Position numbers and translations under genes: made by a program
Assembly: GCA_913775095.1 (NCBI GenBank)
Contig: CAJYIW010000007.1
Location: 1-32,000, forward strand
Direction of reading: 5' to 3'
DNA: 32,000 nt
From: an uncultured Siphonobacter sp.
GTDB lineage: Bacteria; Bacteroidota; Bacteroidia; Cytophagales; Spirosomataceae
Notes under the pieces: generated by a model
Seen by the model: the letters and a program-made list of their open reading frames with translations, nothing else
What the model was told of the DNA's origin: nothing
Databases searched by the model: none
Shown: in pieces, positions 10,722-18,549 of the stretch
Layout: each line of letters opens with the position of its first letter
Numbering within the stretch: the first letter of the stretch is position 1

Positions 10722-10816
10722 AGTTCTCAGTTCTCAGTTCTCAGTTCTCAGTTCTCAGTTCTCAGTTCTCAGTTCTCAGTTCTCAGTTCTCAGTTCTCAG
10801 TTCTCAGTTCTCAGTT
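10722..10816. repeat. Heptanucleotide tandem array, unit AGTTCTC, about 13.6 copies
   Basis: Direct reading of uninterrupted AGTTCTC repeats ending in agttgg. Confidence 0.97.
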
Positions 10817-10852
10817 GGAAAGTAAAAACCCATAAAGGTAGGGAAGACGTTT

Positions 10853-11345
10853 GGAACTGAACCTAAGAACCCCAGCGGGGTTCAATGTGGGTAGCCCCGG
10901 ATGCTAATCCGGGGTGACAGCCGGGGTAATAATTGGGGTTCACATTTACTCTGCCCTGGCTGGTGTCTCACCAGCCAGTTGTAAGGAAGTGGTTGGTGAG
11001 GACACCAACCACGGCGGGGAACTGAACCTAAGAACCCCAGCGGGTTCAATGTGGGTAGCCCCGGATGCTAATCCGGGGTGACAGCCGGGGTAATAATTGG
11101 GGTTCACATTTGCTCTGCCCTGGCTGGTGTCTCACCAGCCAGTTGTTAAGGAAGTGGTTGGTGAGGACACCAACCACGGCGGGGCAATGTTTGAAACTGA
11201 ACGCAAGAACCCCGGCGGGGTTCAATCTGCGTAGCCCCGGGTGATGACCCGGGGTAATAATCGGGGTTCACATTTGCTCTGCCCTGGCTGGTGTCTCACC
11301 AGCCAGTTGTAAGGAAGTGGTTGGTGGGGACACCAACCACGGCGG
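10853..11345 (+). repeat. Three tandem hairpin-rich repeat units (10853-11017, 11018-~11187, 11193-11345), same family as 135-640
   Basis: Near-identical units: GAACCCCagcGGGGTTC, CCCCGGAtgctaaTCCGGGG, CTGGCTGGTGtctCACCAGCCAG, GTGGTTGGTGaggaCACCAACCAC. Confidence 0.95.
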
Positions 11346-11405
11346 AGCTCAGGATAAACATCCGGCTTCGTCTCTGATTGTAAACCGAAAAGGGTCAACA
11401 GAAAA

Positions 11406-13439
11406 CTAACGTATTCTTACTTTCACGCCGCCAAAAAAGGCCCGGTTTGTCGCGGGTTCAAAGTATCGCCCACCCGCGGCGTTGATTTGCACGTTCGCAA
11501 AATAGGTCTGGTTCAGCAGGTTATTAATTCCACCGAAAGGCTCCAGCGACCAGTTGTTCCACTTGATCTGCCAGCCGAAGCGTAAATTCAGCAGACTAAA
11601 GGCTTCAGTTTTTACCTGATTGGCGTCGTCAGCATAAAACGTGCCATTTCTGCGAAACTGAATAATGCCATAAAACCCTTTTGGACGGAAATAACGCAGT
11701 TCGCCATAACCAAAGTGGGGAGGAATCCCCGGTAACTGGTTTTTGTCAAAAGTCCCGGAGGTCGTGGTATAATTCAGGTAGGTAAAGTCAGAATAAGTAT
11801 AATTCGCATAGGCCGTTAAGCCTTCCACGAGCTGAGCGGTTATGCCCAGTTCAACGCCCCGACGGCGGGAGTTACCCGCATTTCTGTAAAACGTACGTCC
11901 CGGAAATTCAGTAAGCTGATACGGTACAATCTCTCCCCGGACGTTGACCTGAAAGACCGCCAGATCAACTTTTACTTTAGTAAAGGTCGCTTTGGTGCCG
12001 ACTTCAAAATTCTGAGCCCGCATCGGCCCCAATTCCGGATTGAAGCCACCAAGGTTGCTCGGATTGGTGCCCAGTTCGGTCAGAGCAGGAGTTTCAAAGC
12101 TGGTGGAAAAATTGGCATAAACGCTGCGTTCGGGCTGGTATTCCCAGTTGAATCCGGCCGTTGGACTAAACCGATGATAGTTCCGGGTTCCCGACTGATC
12201 GCCATCACTCAAAAACTGATCATCCACGTTCAAACGAATGGCATCGTAACGCGTGCCGATCGTTAACAACGTGTTTTTCAGGAAGCCAAATTCCTGCAAC
12301 GCATACGCTCCGATGGTTCGGAAGGTTTCCACCTGCTCGAGCGATAAAGGGCCCTGCTGACCGTCGAGGTTGTTGTATCGCTTACGGTTATCCTGTTGAT
12401 TTTCAATATCAACGCCGGTTTTTAATCGATAGGAAACCGAACCCAGCTGATCGGTAAACTGATAGCTAACACCGCCGCCAATGTAGTTGCGGAGGAATTG
12501 TACATTCCCGCCCGCCTGAAAAGCCAGGCGATTTTCAAAGTCGCGATTGGTCCAGAAGGTTCGGGCCTGGAACTGGTGTTTTTTACCAATGGTGTGATCG
12601 TAAATAGCGGCTATGCGTTGCTGCGTAGCTCCCGAAAAAGCCTGGAACTGCACATTTTGGGGACGAGCCATGCGACGGTTTTCTTCCACTTGCTGGAGGG
12701 TCAATCCGCCGGGATCTTCGGCCGTATTTTTTGATAAATTATACAAAATGGTTAGCTTATTTGAAGCGGTAAATTCATGCTGAAATTTCAGGTTCAGTAA
12801 CCAGTTATTCATGGAGGCATACGTCCGGTATCCATCCTGAAGGTTACGACTGGCATTGAGTAACAGGCTCGAACGTTTCCATTTCTGTCCCACTTTCAGT
12901 TGATACCGCTGAAACCCGTAACTTCCGGCCACGGCCTGGGCTTCGGCAAAGTTGTATTCGGGCGTTTCGGTGGTGTAGGATAAAATGCCCCCCGAAGCGT
13001 TTCCGTACAGGGCCGACGAGGCTCCCCGGATCACTTCCAGTTGTCCCAGACTTCCCACATCGAAATTATTCACCTTGGCCTGACCATCCGGCGTGGATTC
13101 AGGAATACCGTCGAGCAATACTTTTAAACCCCGGATGCCAAAAGAAGAACGGGCTCCGAAACCACGGATCGAGATGCGAAGATCCTGAGCAAAGTTGTCA
13201 GGATTTTGCGAAAACACCCCAGGAATGGCACCCATGGCATCAAAAAGGGAAAGCTGAGGCTGCCCAATCTGAAGGCGGGACTGATTAAGTACCGAAACTG
13301 AAAAAGGACTGCGGTTTTCGGCGAGCTGTAAACGGGTAGACTGAATCTCAACGGGTTTCAGGTCGCGGGTTCGGAGACTGTCCTGAGCCTGAGCAACCAG
13401 GGGTATACCAATAACAAGTAGAACGATCCGGAGATACAT
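11406..13439 (-). CDS. TonB-dependent outer membrane receptor (siderophore/metal-type)
   Basis: 677 aa; signal peptide MYLRIVLLVIGIPLVAQAQ, plug domain (ISIRGFGARSSFGIRGLKVLLDGIP...VEVIRGASSALYGNASGG-like), C-terminal beta strand ending GGVKVRIR. Confidence 0.93.
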   Translation of the reverse strand: MYLRIVLLVIGIPLVAQAQDSLRTRDLKPVEIQSTRLQLAENRSPFSVSVLNQSRLQIGQPQLSLFDAMGAIPGVFSQNPDNFAQDLRISIRGFGARSSFGIRGLKVLLDGIPESTPDGQAKVNNFDVGSLGQLEVIRGASSALYGNASGGILSYTTETPEYNFAEAQAVAGSYGFQRYQLKVGQKWKRSSLLLNASRNLQDGYRTYASMNNWLLNLKFQHEFTASNKLTILYNLSKNTAEDPGGLTLQQVEENRRMARPQNVQFQAFSGATQQRIAAIYDHTIGKKHQFQARTFWTNRDFENRLAFQAGGNVQFLRNYIGGGVSYQFTDQLGSVSYRLKTGVDIENQQDNRKRYNNLDGQQGPLSLEQVETFRTIGAYALQEFGFLKNTLLTIGTRYDAIRLNVDDQFLSDGDQSGTRNYHRFSPTAGFNWEYQPERSVYANFSTSFETPALTELGTNPSNLGGFNPELGPMRAQNFEVGTKATFTKVKVDLAVFQVNVRGEIVPYQLTEFPGRTFYRNAGNSRRRGVELGITAQLVEGLTAYANYTYSDFTYLNYTTTSGTFDKNQLPGIPPHFGYGELRYFRPKGFYGIIQFRRNGTFYADDANQVKTEAFSLLNLRFGWQIKWNNWSLEPFGGINNLLNQTYFANVQINAAGGRYFEPATNRAFFGGVKVRIR

Positions 13440-13565
13440 ATAGTGGCTTTAATGTTGAATGAGCGAAGAAATGAATAATAGAATGGCAGGAGAAAAGAAT
13501 TCATAAAACTCTGAGCCATCGAACCGAGATCAAAACTCTATACGTAAACTATCTAACTCCAGACG

Positions 13566-13609
13566 CTTAAGTATAACTTTTCCATGAGTCAAATCGTTTT
13601 ATACTTAAG
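13566..13609. promoter_or_regulatory. Perfect 11-bp inverted repeat CTTAAGTATAA-N22-TTATACTTAAG in a divergent intergenic region
   Basis: Direct reading; lies between the divergent TonB receptor and AraC genes. Confidence 0.6.
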
Positions 13610-13689
13610 GTAGAATAAATTGTATATTAGGGGTAAATTGTCAGTCTTCAGAAGAAATACTTCTGAACCTGTCAGAAGATGGTAATGCT

Positions 13690-14604
13690 ATGAAATCGGA
13701 TTCTTTGTTTGATATCAGAAGTCATTTGAGAAATCGCCGGTTAGAGCAGGTCGTTGAAAATCGAACGGCTTATACGCTGGATACCGCTGAACTGAATATT
13801 TACGAAACGCATTCGCAGGCCGAAGCAGTGGAATTAACCTTTCATAGTCCGGTATTGACGAGTATGATTCGGGGCAAAAAAGTAATGCACCTGGAAGATA
13901 CACCGGATTTTGATTATCACCCCGGCGAATCCGTGCTGGTGCCCGGTAACCGAACTATGCGGATTGATTTTCCGGAAGCTAGTTTTTCCACTCCCACGCA
14001 ATGTCTGGCTTTGGCCATTAGTCAGGATCAGATTGCGAAGTACACGGATTTGCTGAACGAGAATATCCCCCTCGTCGATTCTCCCTCGGGGTGGCGGTGG
14101 TCGGACAATAGTTTTTACTTTACCAATTCCTCAACGGTGAATAGCCTGATTAGTCGGCTGATTGACATTTTCACGGAAAACAATCCGGCAAAAGAACTCT
14201 TTGCCGATCTGGTTATGAAGGAGTTAACCATGCGATTGGTACAGACCCAGGCTCGTCGCTTGTTAATCGAAAATAGTCAGCAGCACAGTACCAGCAATCG
14301 ATTGGCTTTTATTACGCAATATATCAAAGAGCACCTGCACGAAACGTTCAACGTCAGGCAGCTGGCGGATAAGGCCTGCATGAGCGAACCTAGTTTCTAC
14401 CGTCAGTTTAAAGCCCAGTTCGGCTTATCACCCCTGGAATTTATTAATCAGCAGCGGATTCAGCTGGCTCAGCGATTATTGAAAACGACGAACCGAAGCG
14501 TTGGTGATATCAGCGTAGCCTGCGGGTTTAATAACCTGAATCATTTTCTGAAACTTTTTAAACGGTACACTCAGCATACGCCGGTTCAGTATCGGTTCAA
14601 TTAG
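13690..14604 (+). CDS. AraC family transcriptional regulator
   Basis: 304 aa; C-terminal double HTH: FNVRQLADKACMSEPSFYRQFKAQFGLSPLEFINQQRIQLAQRLLKTTNRSVGDISVACGFNNLNHFLKLFKRYTQHTPVQYR. Confidence 0.95.
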   Translation: MKSDSLFDIRSHLRNRRLEQVVENRTAYTLDTAELNIYETHSQAEAVELTFHSPVLTSMIRGKKVMHLEDTPDFDYHPGESVLVPGNRTMRIDFPEASFSTPTQCLALAISQDQIAKYTDLLNENIPLVDSPSGWRWSDNSFYFTNSSTVNSLISRLIDIFTENNPAKELFADLVMKELTMRLVQTQARRLLIENSQQHSTSNRLAFITQYIKEHLHETFNVRQLADKACMSEPSFYRQFKAQFGLSPLEFINQQRIQLAQRLLKTTNRSVGDISVACGFNNLNHFLKLFKRYTQHTPVQYRFN

Positions 14605-14633
14605 TGGATAGTTGTAAATGATGGGTGACTGGA

Positions 14634-14657
14634 AAGGCCGGCAATTTTGCCGGCCTT
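14634..14657 (+). terminator. Strong hairpin, likely terminator of the AraC gene
   Basis: AAGGCCGGCAA-tt-TTGCCGGCCTT, perfect 11-bp stem 30 nt after the stop, followed by gttt. Confidence 0.65.
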
Positions 14658-14670
14658 GTTTATGAGTCAC

Positions 14671-14913
14671 TACCCGCTTTTCCGCTGGCAGCCTCTGTTA
14701 AGAGATTAAAAGTCATTGCAATTCAGAGTACAACTAACTCATGCTACCAGCGAAAAAACTGGTAGCGGAAGGTTAACATTGTTGCCTTAAAACCTGTTTT
14801 CTGAGCCGCTGCCAGCTTTTCCGCTGGCAGCCTTACTTGAAGGATGGGTATACTGAAATTCAGATTAGTACTAACTCATGTTACCAGCGAAAAAGCTGGT
14901 AGCGGAGGGTTCA
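14671..14913. repeat. Two tandem (period ~137-139 bp) REP/BIME-like units, each bounded by hairpins
   Basis: Unit 2: GCTGCCAGC-ttttcc-GCTGGCAGC (14808-14831) and TACCAGC-gaaaaa-GCTGGTA (14882-14901). Unit 1: related left end 14671-14692 and GCTACCAG-cgaaaaaa-CTGGTAGC (14743-14766). Shared actaactcatg(c/t)taccagcgaaaaa. Confidence 0.85.
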
Positions 14914-15037
14914 CGGTCAATTTCTATTACCAAAATCAGATTGATAGAATCGATACCTTCTTTTGATAGGATCAATCCAATAATAAATAGACTAATTCCT
15001 GACCTTTGTCGAAGTAAACCTCTTAAACAATTGGAAT

Positions 15038-16561
15038 ATGGAAGCGACACTCGAAGCTCCGGTACGGGCAGACCGTCCGACCTTTAAAGATCGATACGAA
15101 AACTACATTGGTGGACAATGGGTAGCTCCGGCTCGCGGTCAGTATTTTGATAACATTTCCCCCGTCGATGGGAAAGTATTCTGTCAGGTAGCCCGTTCGA
15201 CTGCCGAAGATATAGACAAGGCACTGGATGCAGCCCACGCGGCTTTTCCGAAATGGTCCAAAACATCGGTGGCCAACCGCAGTAATGTGCTGCTGAAAAT
15301 TGCCGACCGTATTGAGCAAAATCTGGAGTACCTTGCCCGGGTAGAAACCATTGATAACGGCAAGCCCCTCCGGGAAACGCTGGCCGCCGATTTACCGCTG
15401 GTCGTTGACCATTTCCGGTATTATGCGGGTGTGATTCGGGCGGAAGAAAGCTCAGTGGCCGAGTTAGATGAAAATACGGTTTCCCTCAATATTCACGAAC
15501 CCATTGGGGTCGTAGGTCAGATCATTCCCTGGAATTTTCCCTTACTGATGGCAACCTGGAAAGTAGCCCCGGCACTGGCGGCAGGCTGTACGATTGTCCT
15601 GAAACCCGCCGAGCAAACTCCAACGAGTATTCTGGTATTACTGGAATTAATTGGTGATTTGTTACCGGAGGGCGTACTAAACGTGGTCAATGGTTTCGGC
15701 CTGGAGGCTGGAAAACCACTGGCTTCCTCAAATCGGGTGGCAAAAGTGGCCTTCACGGGAGAAACGACCACAGGACGCTTAATTCTCCAATACGCAGCTG
15801 AGAACCTGATTCCGGCGACGATGGAGTTAGGGGGTAAATCTCCTAATATCATCTTCCCCAGCGTGATGGATAAAGATGATGAATTCCTGGATAAAGCCAT
15901 TGAAGGAGCCGTATTGTTTGCCCTGAATCAGGGGGAAATTTGTACCTGTCCTTCCCGATTATTAGTCCATGAATCCATTTATGAGAAATTCATCGAGAAA
16001 GTAATTGCCCGGACGAAAGCCATTAAGATGGGAAGTCCGCTGGCCAACGACACCATGTTGGGAGCCCAGGCTTCGAAAGATCAGTACGAAAAAATTCTGT
16101 CGTACATCGAAATCGGTAAGCAGGAAGGGGCCGAGGTATTAACCGGCGGAGCCGCTTTCCATCAGAACAGCGGGCTGGAGAATGGCTATTACATTCAGCC
16201 AACTATCCTGAAAGGGCATAACAAAATGCGGATTTTTCAGGAAGAGATTTTCGGACCGGTGTTATCGGTAACCACATTCAAGGATACCGAAGAAGCCATT
16301 GCCATCGCCAATGATACCCTTTATGGGTTGGGAGCGGGAGTCTGGACGCGGGATGCTCACGAATTGTACACCGTACCGCGGGCCATTCAGGCGGGACGTG
16401 TGTGGGTGAACTGCTACCACGCTTACCCTGCCCATGCACCCTTTGGAGGGTATAAGAAATCAGGGTTTGGCCGCGAAACGCACAAAATGATGCTAAGTCA
16501 TTACCGCCAGACCAAAAACATGCTGATTTCTTACGATAAGAATAAGCTGGGATTCTTTTAA
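15038..16561 (+). CDS. Aldehyde dehydrogenase family protein (NAD-dependent, AldB/ExaC-like)
   Basis: 507 aa; [46 protein letters not shown], catalytic region [24 protein letters not shown]. Confidence 0.96.
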   Translation: MEATLEAPVRADRPTFKDRYENYIGGQWVAPARGQYFDNISPVDGKVFCQVARSTAEDIDKALDAAHAAFPKWSKTSVANRSNVLLKIADRIEQNLEYLARVETIDNGKPLRETLAADLPLVVDHFRYYAGVIRAEESSVAELDENTVSLNIHEPIGVVGQIIPWNFPLLMATWKVAPALAAGCTIVLKPAEQTPTSILVLLELIGDLLPEGVLNVVNGFGLEAGKPLASSNRVAKVAFTGETTTGRLILQYAAENLIPATMELGGKSPNIIFPSVMDKDDEFLDKAIEGAVLFALNQGEICTCPSRLLVHESIYEKFIEKVIARTKAIKMGSPLANDTMLGAQASKDQYEKILSYIEIGKQEGAEVLTGGAAFHQNSGLENGYYIQPTILKGHNKMRIFQEEIFGPVLSVTTFKDTEEAIAIANDTLYGLGAGVWTRDAHELYTVPRAIQAGRVWVNCYHAYPAHAPFGGYKKSGFGRETHKMMLSHYRQTKNMLISYDKNKLGFF

Positions 16562-16570
16562 TGGGTTTGG

Positions 16571-16648
16571 AGTTTAGAGTTCTGAGTTGAGAGTTGGTAA
16601 CTAGCCCATTAACTCAAAACCCTAAACCACAAACTCAAAACCTAAACT
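16571..16648. repeat. Degenerate period-7 arrays in inverted orientation: AGTTNNN x4 (16571-16598), then AANNNNN x5 complementary arm (16611-16645)
   Basis: agtttag|agttctg|agttgag|agttggt ... aactcaa|aacccta|aaccaca|aactcaa|aacctaa. Confidence 0.8.
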
Positions 16649-16651
16649 GTT

Positions 16652-17032
16652 ATGGTATTTCGTGTATTGGTGACTGATGCGGCTAAAGCCATTATTGATC
16701 AGTTGAGAGAAGAGCATGGTGAATTGCTTTTTCATCAAAGCGGAGGTTGCTGCGACGGGTCTTCACCCATGTGTTTTCCCGTGGGCGACTTTAAAATCGG
16801 TAGCCATGATGTGTTGCTGGGCACTGTACACGGCTGCCATTTCTGGATGAGTGATTTTCAGTTTGAGTACTGGAAGCATACCCAACTAACACTCGATGTA
16901 GTACCGGGAAGAGGAGCCAGTTTTTCGGCAGAAATTCCCTTAGGGGTACGTTTCCTCATACGCTCAAGGTTGTTTACGGAAGAGGAATTAAATCAGCTGG
17001 AACCCGTGACCGTTGGCGAAAGACCTGATTGA
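16652..17032 (+). CDS. DUF779 domain-containing protein
   Basis: 126 aa; ELLFHQSGGCCDGSSPMCFPVGDF, DVLLGTVHGCHFWMS, LDVVPGRGASFSAE; located after an aldehyde dehydrogenase as commonly seen for this family. Confidence 0.93.
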   Translation: MVFRVLVTDAAKAIIDQLREEHGELLFHQSGGCCDGSSPMCFPVGDFKIGSHDVLLGTVHGCHFWMSDFQFEYWKHTQLTLDVVPGRGASFSAEIPLGVRFLIRSRLFTEEELNQLEPVTVGERPD

Positions 17033-17072
17033 GTTGTGTTTGAGTAGGTTCAGATTACAGGTTTACAGGTAA

Positions 17073-17104
17073 AGCTACCCGAATCGTTTTTCGGGTAGCT
17101 TTTT
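17073..17104 (+). terminator. Rho-independent terminator after DUF779
   Basis: AGCTACCCGA-atcgtttt-TCGGGTAGCT followed by ttttt-rich sequence. Confidence 0.85.
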
Positions 17105-17149
17105 GTCTTTCTAACTTTCCGAAAGTTTTAAACTTTCGAAAAGTTAGAA

Positions 17150-17992
17150 CTAAGCCAACCGCTCAGCACCGCAATACACATTTGCGTGCGAATCCCGTAG
17201 AAAGCCGATTAAGGTAAGGTTATGTTCCCGAGCCAGTGAAACGGCCAGACTGGAAGGAGCTCCAATGGCGGCAATGAACGGAATTCCGGCCATCACGGCC
17301 TTCTGAACCAGCTCGAAGCTGATACGTCCACTCAGGAGTAAGATGTTGTGGCTCAGGGGTAAGTCGTTAGTGTTGAGCGAATACCCTATGATTTTGTCCA
17401 GGGCATTATGACGACCTACGTCTTCCCGAAGTACCTGTAAGTTACCCTGAACATCAAACAAACCGGAGGCGTGTAAGCCGCCAGTTTGGTCAAAAGTGGC
17501 CTGAGCTTTCCGTAAGGTTTGGGGTAATTGATAAAGCGTTTCCTGGGAAAGGATTGGAGTTTCCCCGGGAATGGCGTAACGAGTCTTCTGCTGAACCGCT
17601 TCCAGCGAAGCCTTTCCGCAAACGCCGCAACTGGAAGTCGTATAGAAATGACGTTGCAAGCGTTCCGAACGCTCGGCTACGATAGGAAATACTTCCACGT
17701 AGACTTTATTAATTAAAGGACTAACCCGCACGTTCTGAACCTCAGAACGATTCAGGAGTAAGCCTTCTGAAAACAGAAAACCCAGGGCCAGTTCTTCATC
17801 GTGGCCGGGCGTTCGCATGGTTACGGACAGGCTTTTCTGCTGCCATTTTTCCGCCTCTCTCCAGACTAAAACGATCTCAAGCGGCTTTTCTGTGGCTACT
17901 ACGTCGGCAGTAACCAGAGCGGATTTATTCAGACTGATTTTCTGAATCGTAAGGGAGTGGACCGAAGAAATTTCGTCGAAATCGGAAGTCAC
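17150..17992 (-). CDS. fdhD: Formate dehydrogenase accessory sulfurtransferase FdhD
   Basis: 280 aa; TRTPGHDEELA-like (TMRTPGHDEELALGFLFSEGLL), TTSSCGVCGKASLE, QTGGLHASGLF, REDVGRHNALDKIIG, SGRISFELVQKA. Confidence 0.97.
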   Translation of the reverse strand: MTSDFDEISSVHSLTIQKISLNKSALVTADVVATEKPLEIVLVWREAEKWQQKSLSVTMRTPGHDEELALGFLFSEGLLLNRSEVQNVRVSPLINKVYVEVFPIVAERSERLQRHFYTTSSCGVCGKASLEAVQQKTRYAIPGETPILSQETLYQLPQTLRKAQATFDQTGGLHASGLFDVQGNLQVLREDVGRHNALDKIIGYSLNTNDLPLSHNILLLSGRISFELVQKAVMAGIPFIAAIGAPSSLAVSLAREHNLTLIGFLRDSHANVYCGAERLA

Positions 17993-18546
17993 AGTTGTGG
18001 GAGTAGAGTAGTTTCAATTCGATCCATAATGCTTAAAAAAACGGATTCCATCGGTATGAAGGGAAGGCCAGAGCCAGGATTCTCCAGCATCTGCCGGACT
18101 TCGGTTAGAGCAACGTATTTCAAGGCTGAAATCTCTTCCGGCTGAGGCGTAAAAGCGGCTGGTTCCAAGGCAGTTTTCCATACAAAAACGCCCGTAAATT
18201 CCCGATCAAAAGATTGACTGACGGCATCAAAGCCGTTCATCGTCCAGACATCCACGAAGTGTAAAGCTGAGGAGTGTACTTTAATGCCCAGTTCTTCCTG
18301 CACCTCCCGAAGGGCTGCGGTGCGGTAATTCTCACCCGGCATTAAATGTCCGGCCACGCAGACATCCCAGAGGTTGGCAAACAGGTCTTTATCCGGGTGA
18401 CGGAGGTTCAGTAATAACTCCTGATTTTCGTTGATAACCCAGACTTCCGTGCTGCGGTGCCAGTCGCCGTCGCGGTGCACATCTGAGCGGACTTTGGTTT
18501 GCCAGAAGGGGAGATTGTACTCGTTGTATAACTCAAAAAGCTCCAT
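17989..18546 (-). CDS. NUDIX hydrolase (IDI/YfcD-like)
   Basis: 185 aa; Nudix box GHLMPGENYRTAALREVQEELGI; HRSTEVWVINENQELLLNLR. Overlaps the fdhD start by 4 nt. Confidence 0.92.
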   Translation of the reverse strand: MELFELYNEYNLPFWQTKVRSDVHRDGDWHRSTEVWVINENQELLLNLRHPDKDLFANLWDVCVAGHLMPGENYRTAALREVQEELGIKVHSSALHFVDVWTMNGFDAVSQSFDREFTGVFVWKTALEPAAFTPQPEEISALKYVALTEVRQMLENPGSGLPFIPMESVFLSIMDRIETTLLPQL

Positions 18547-18549
18547 GGC

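Noticed and set aside
10643-10825. 60-aa ORF with SVLSSQF repeats
   Set aside because: A simple translation of the AGTTCTC heptamer array overlapping the xdhC start; no independent coding evidence.
10722-11345. CRISPR array
   Set aside because: Units are longer (~165 bp), adjacent and similar throughout, with no unique spacers and no cas genes.
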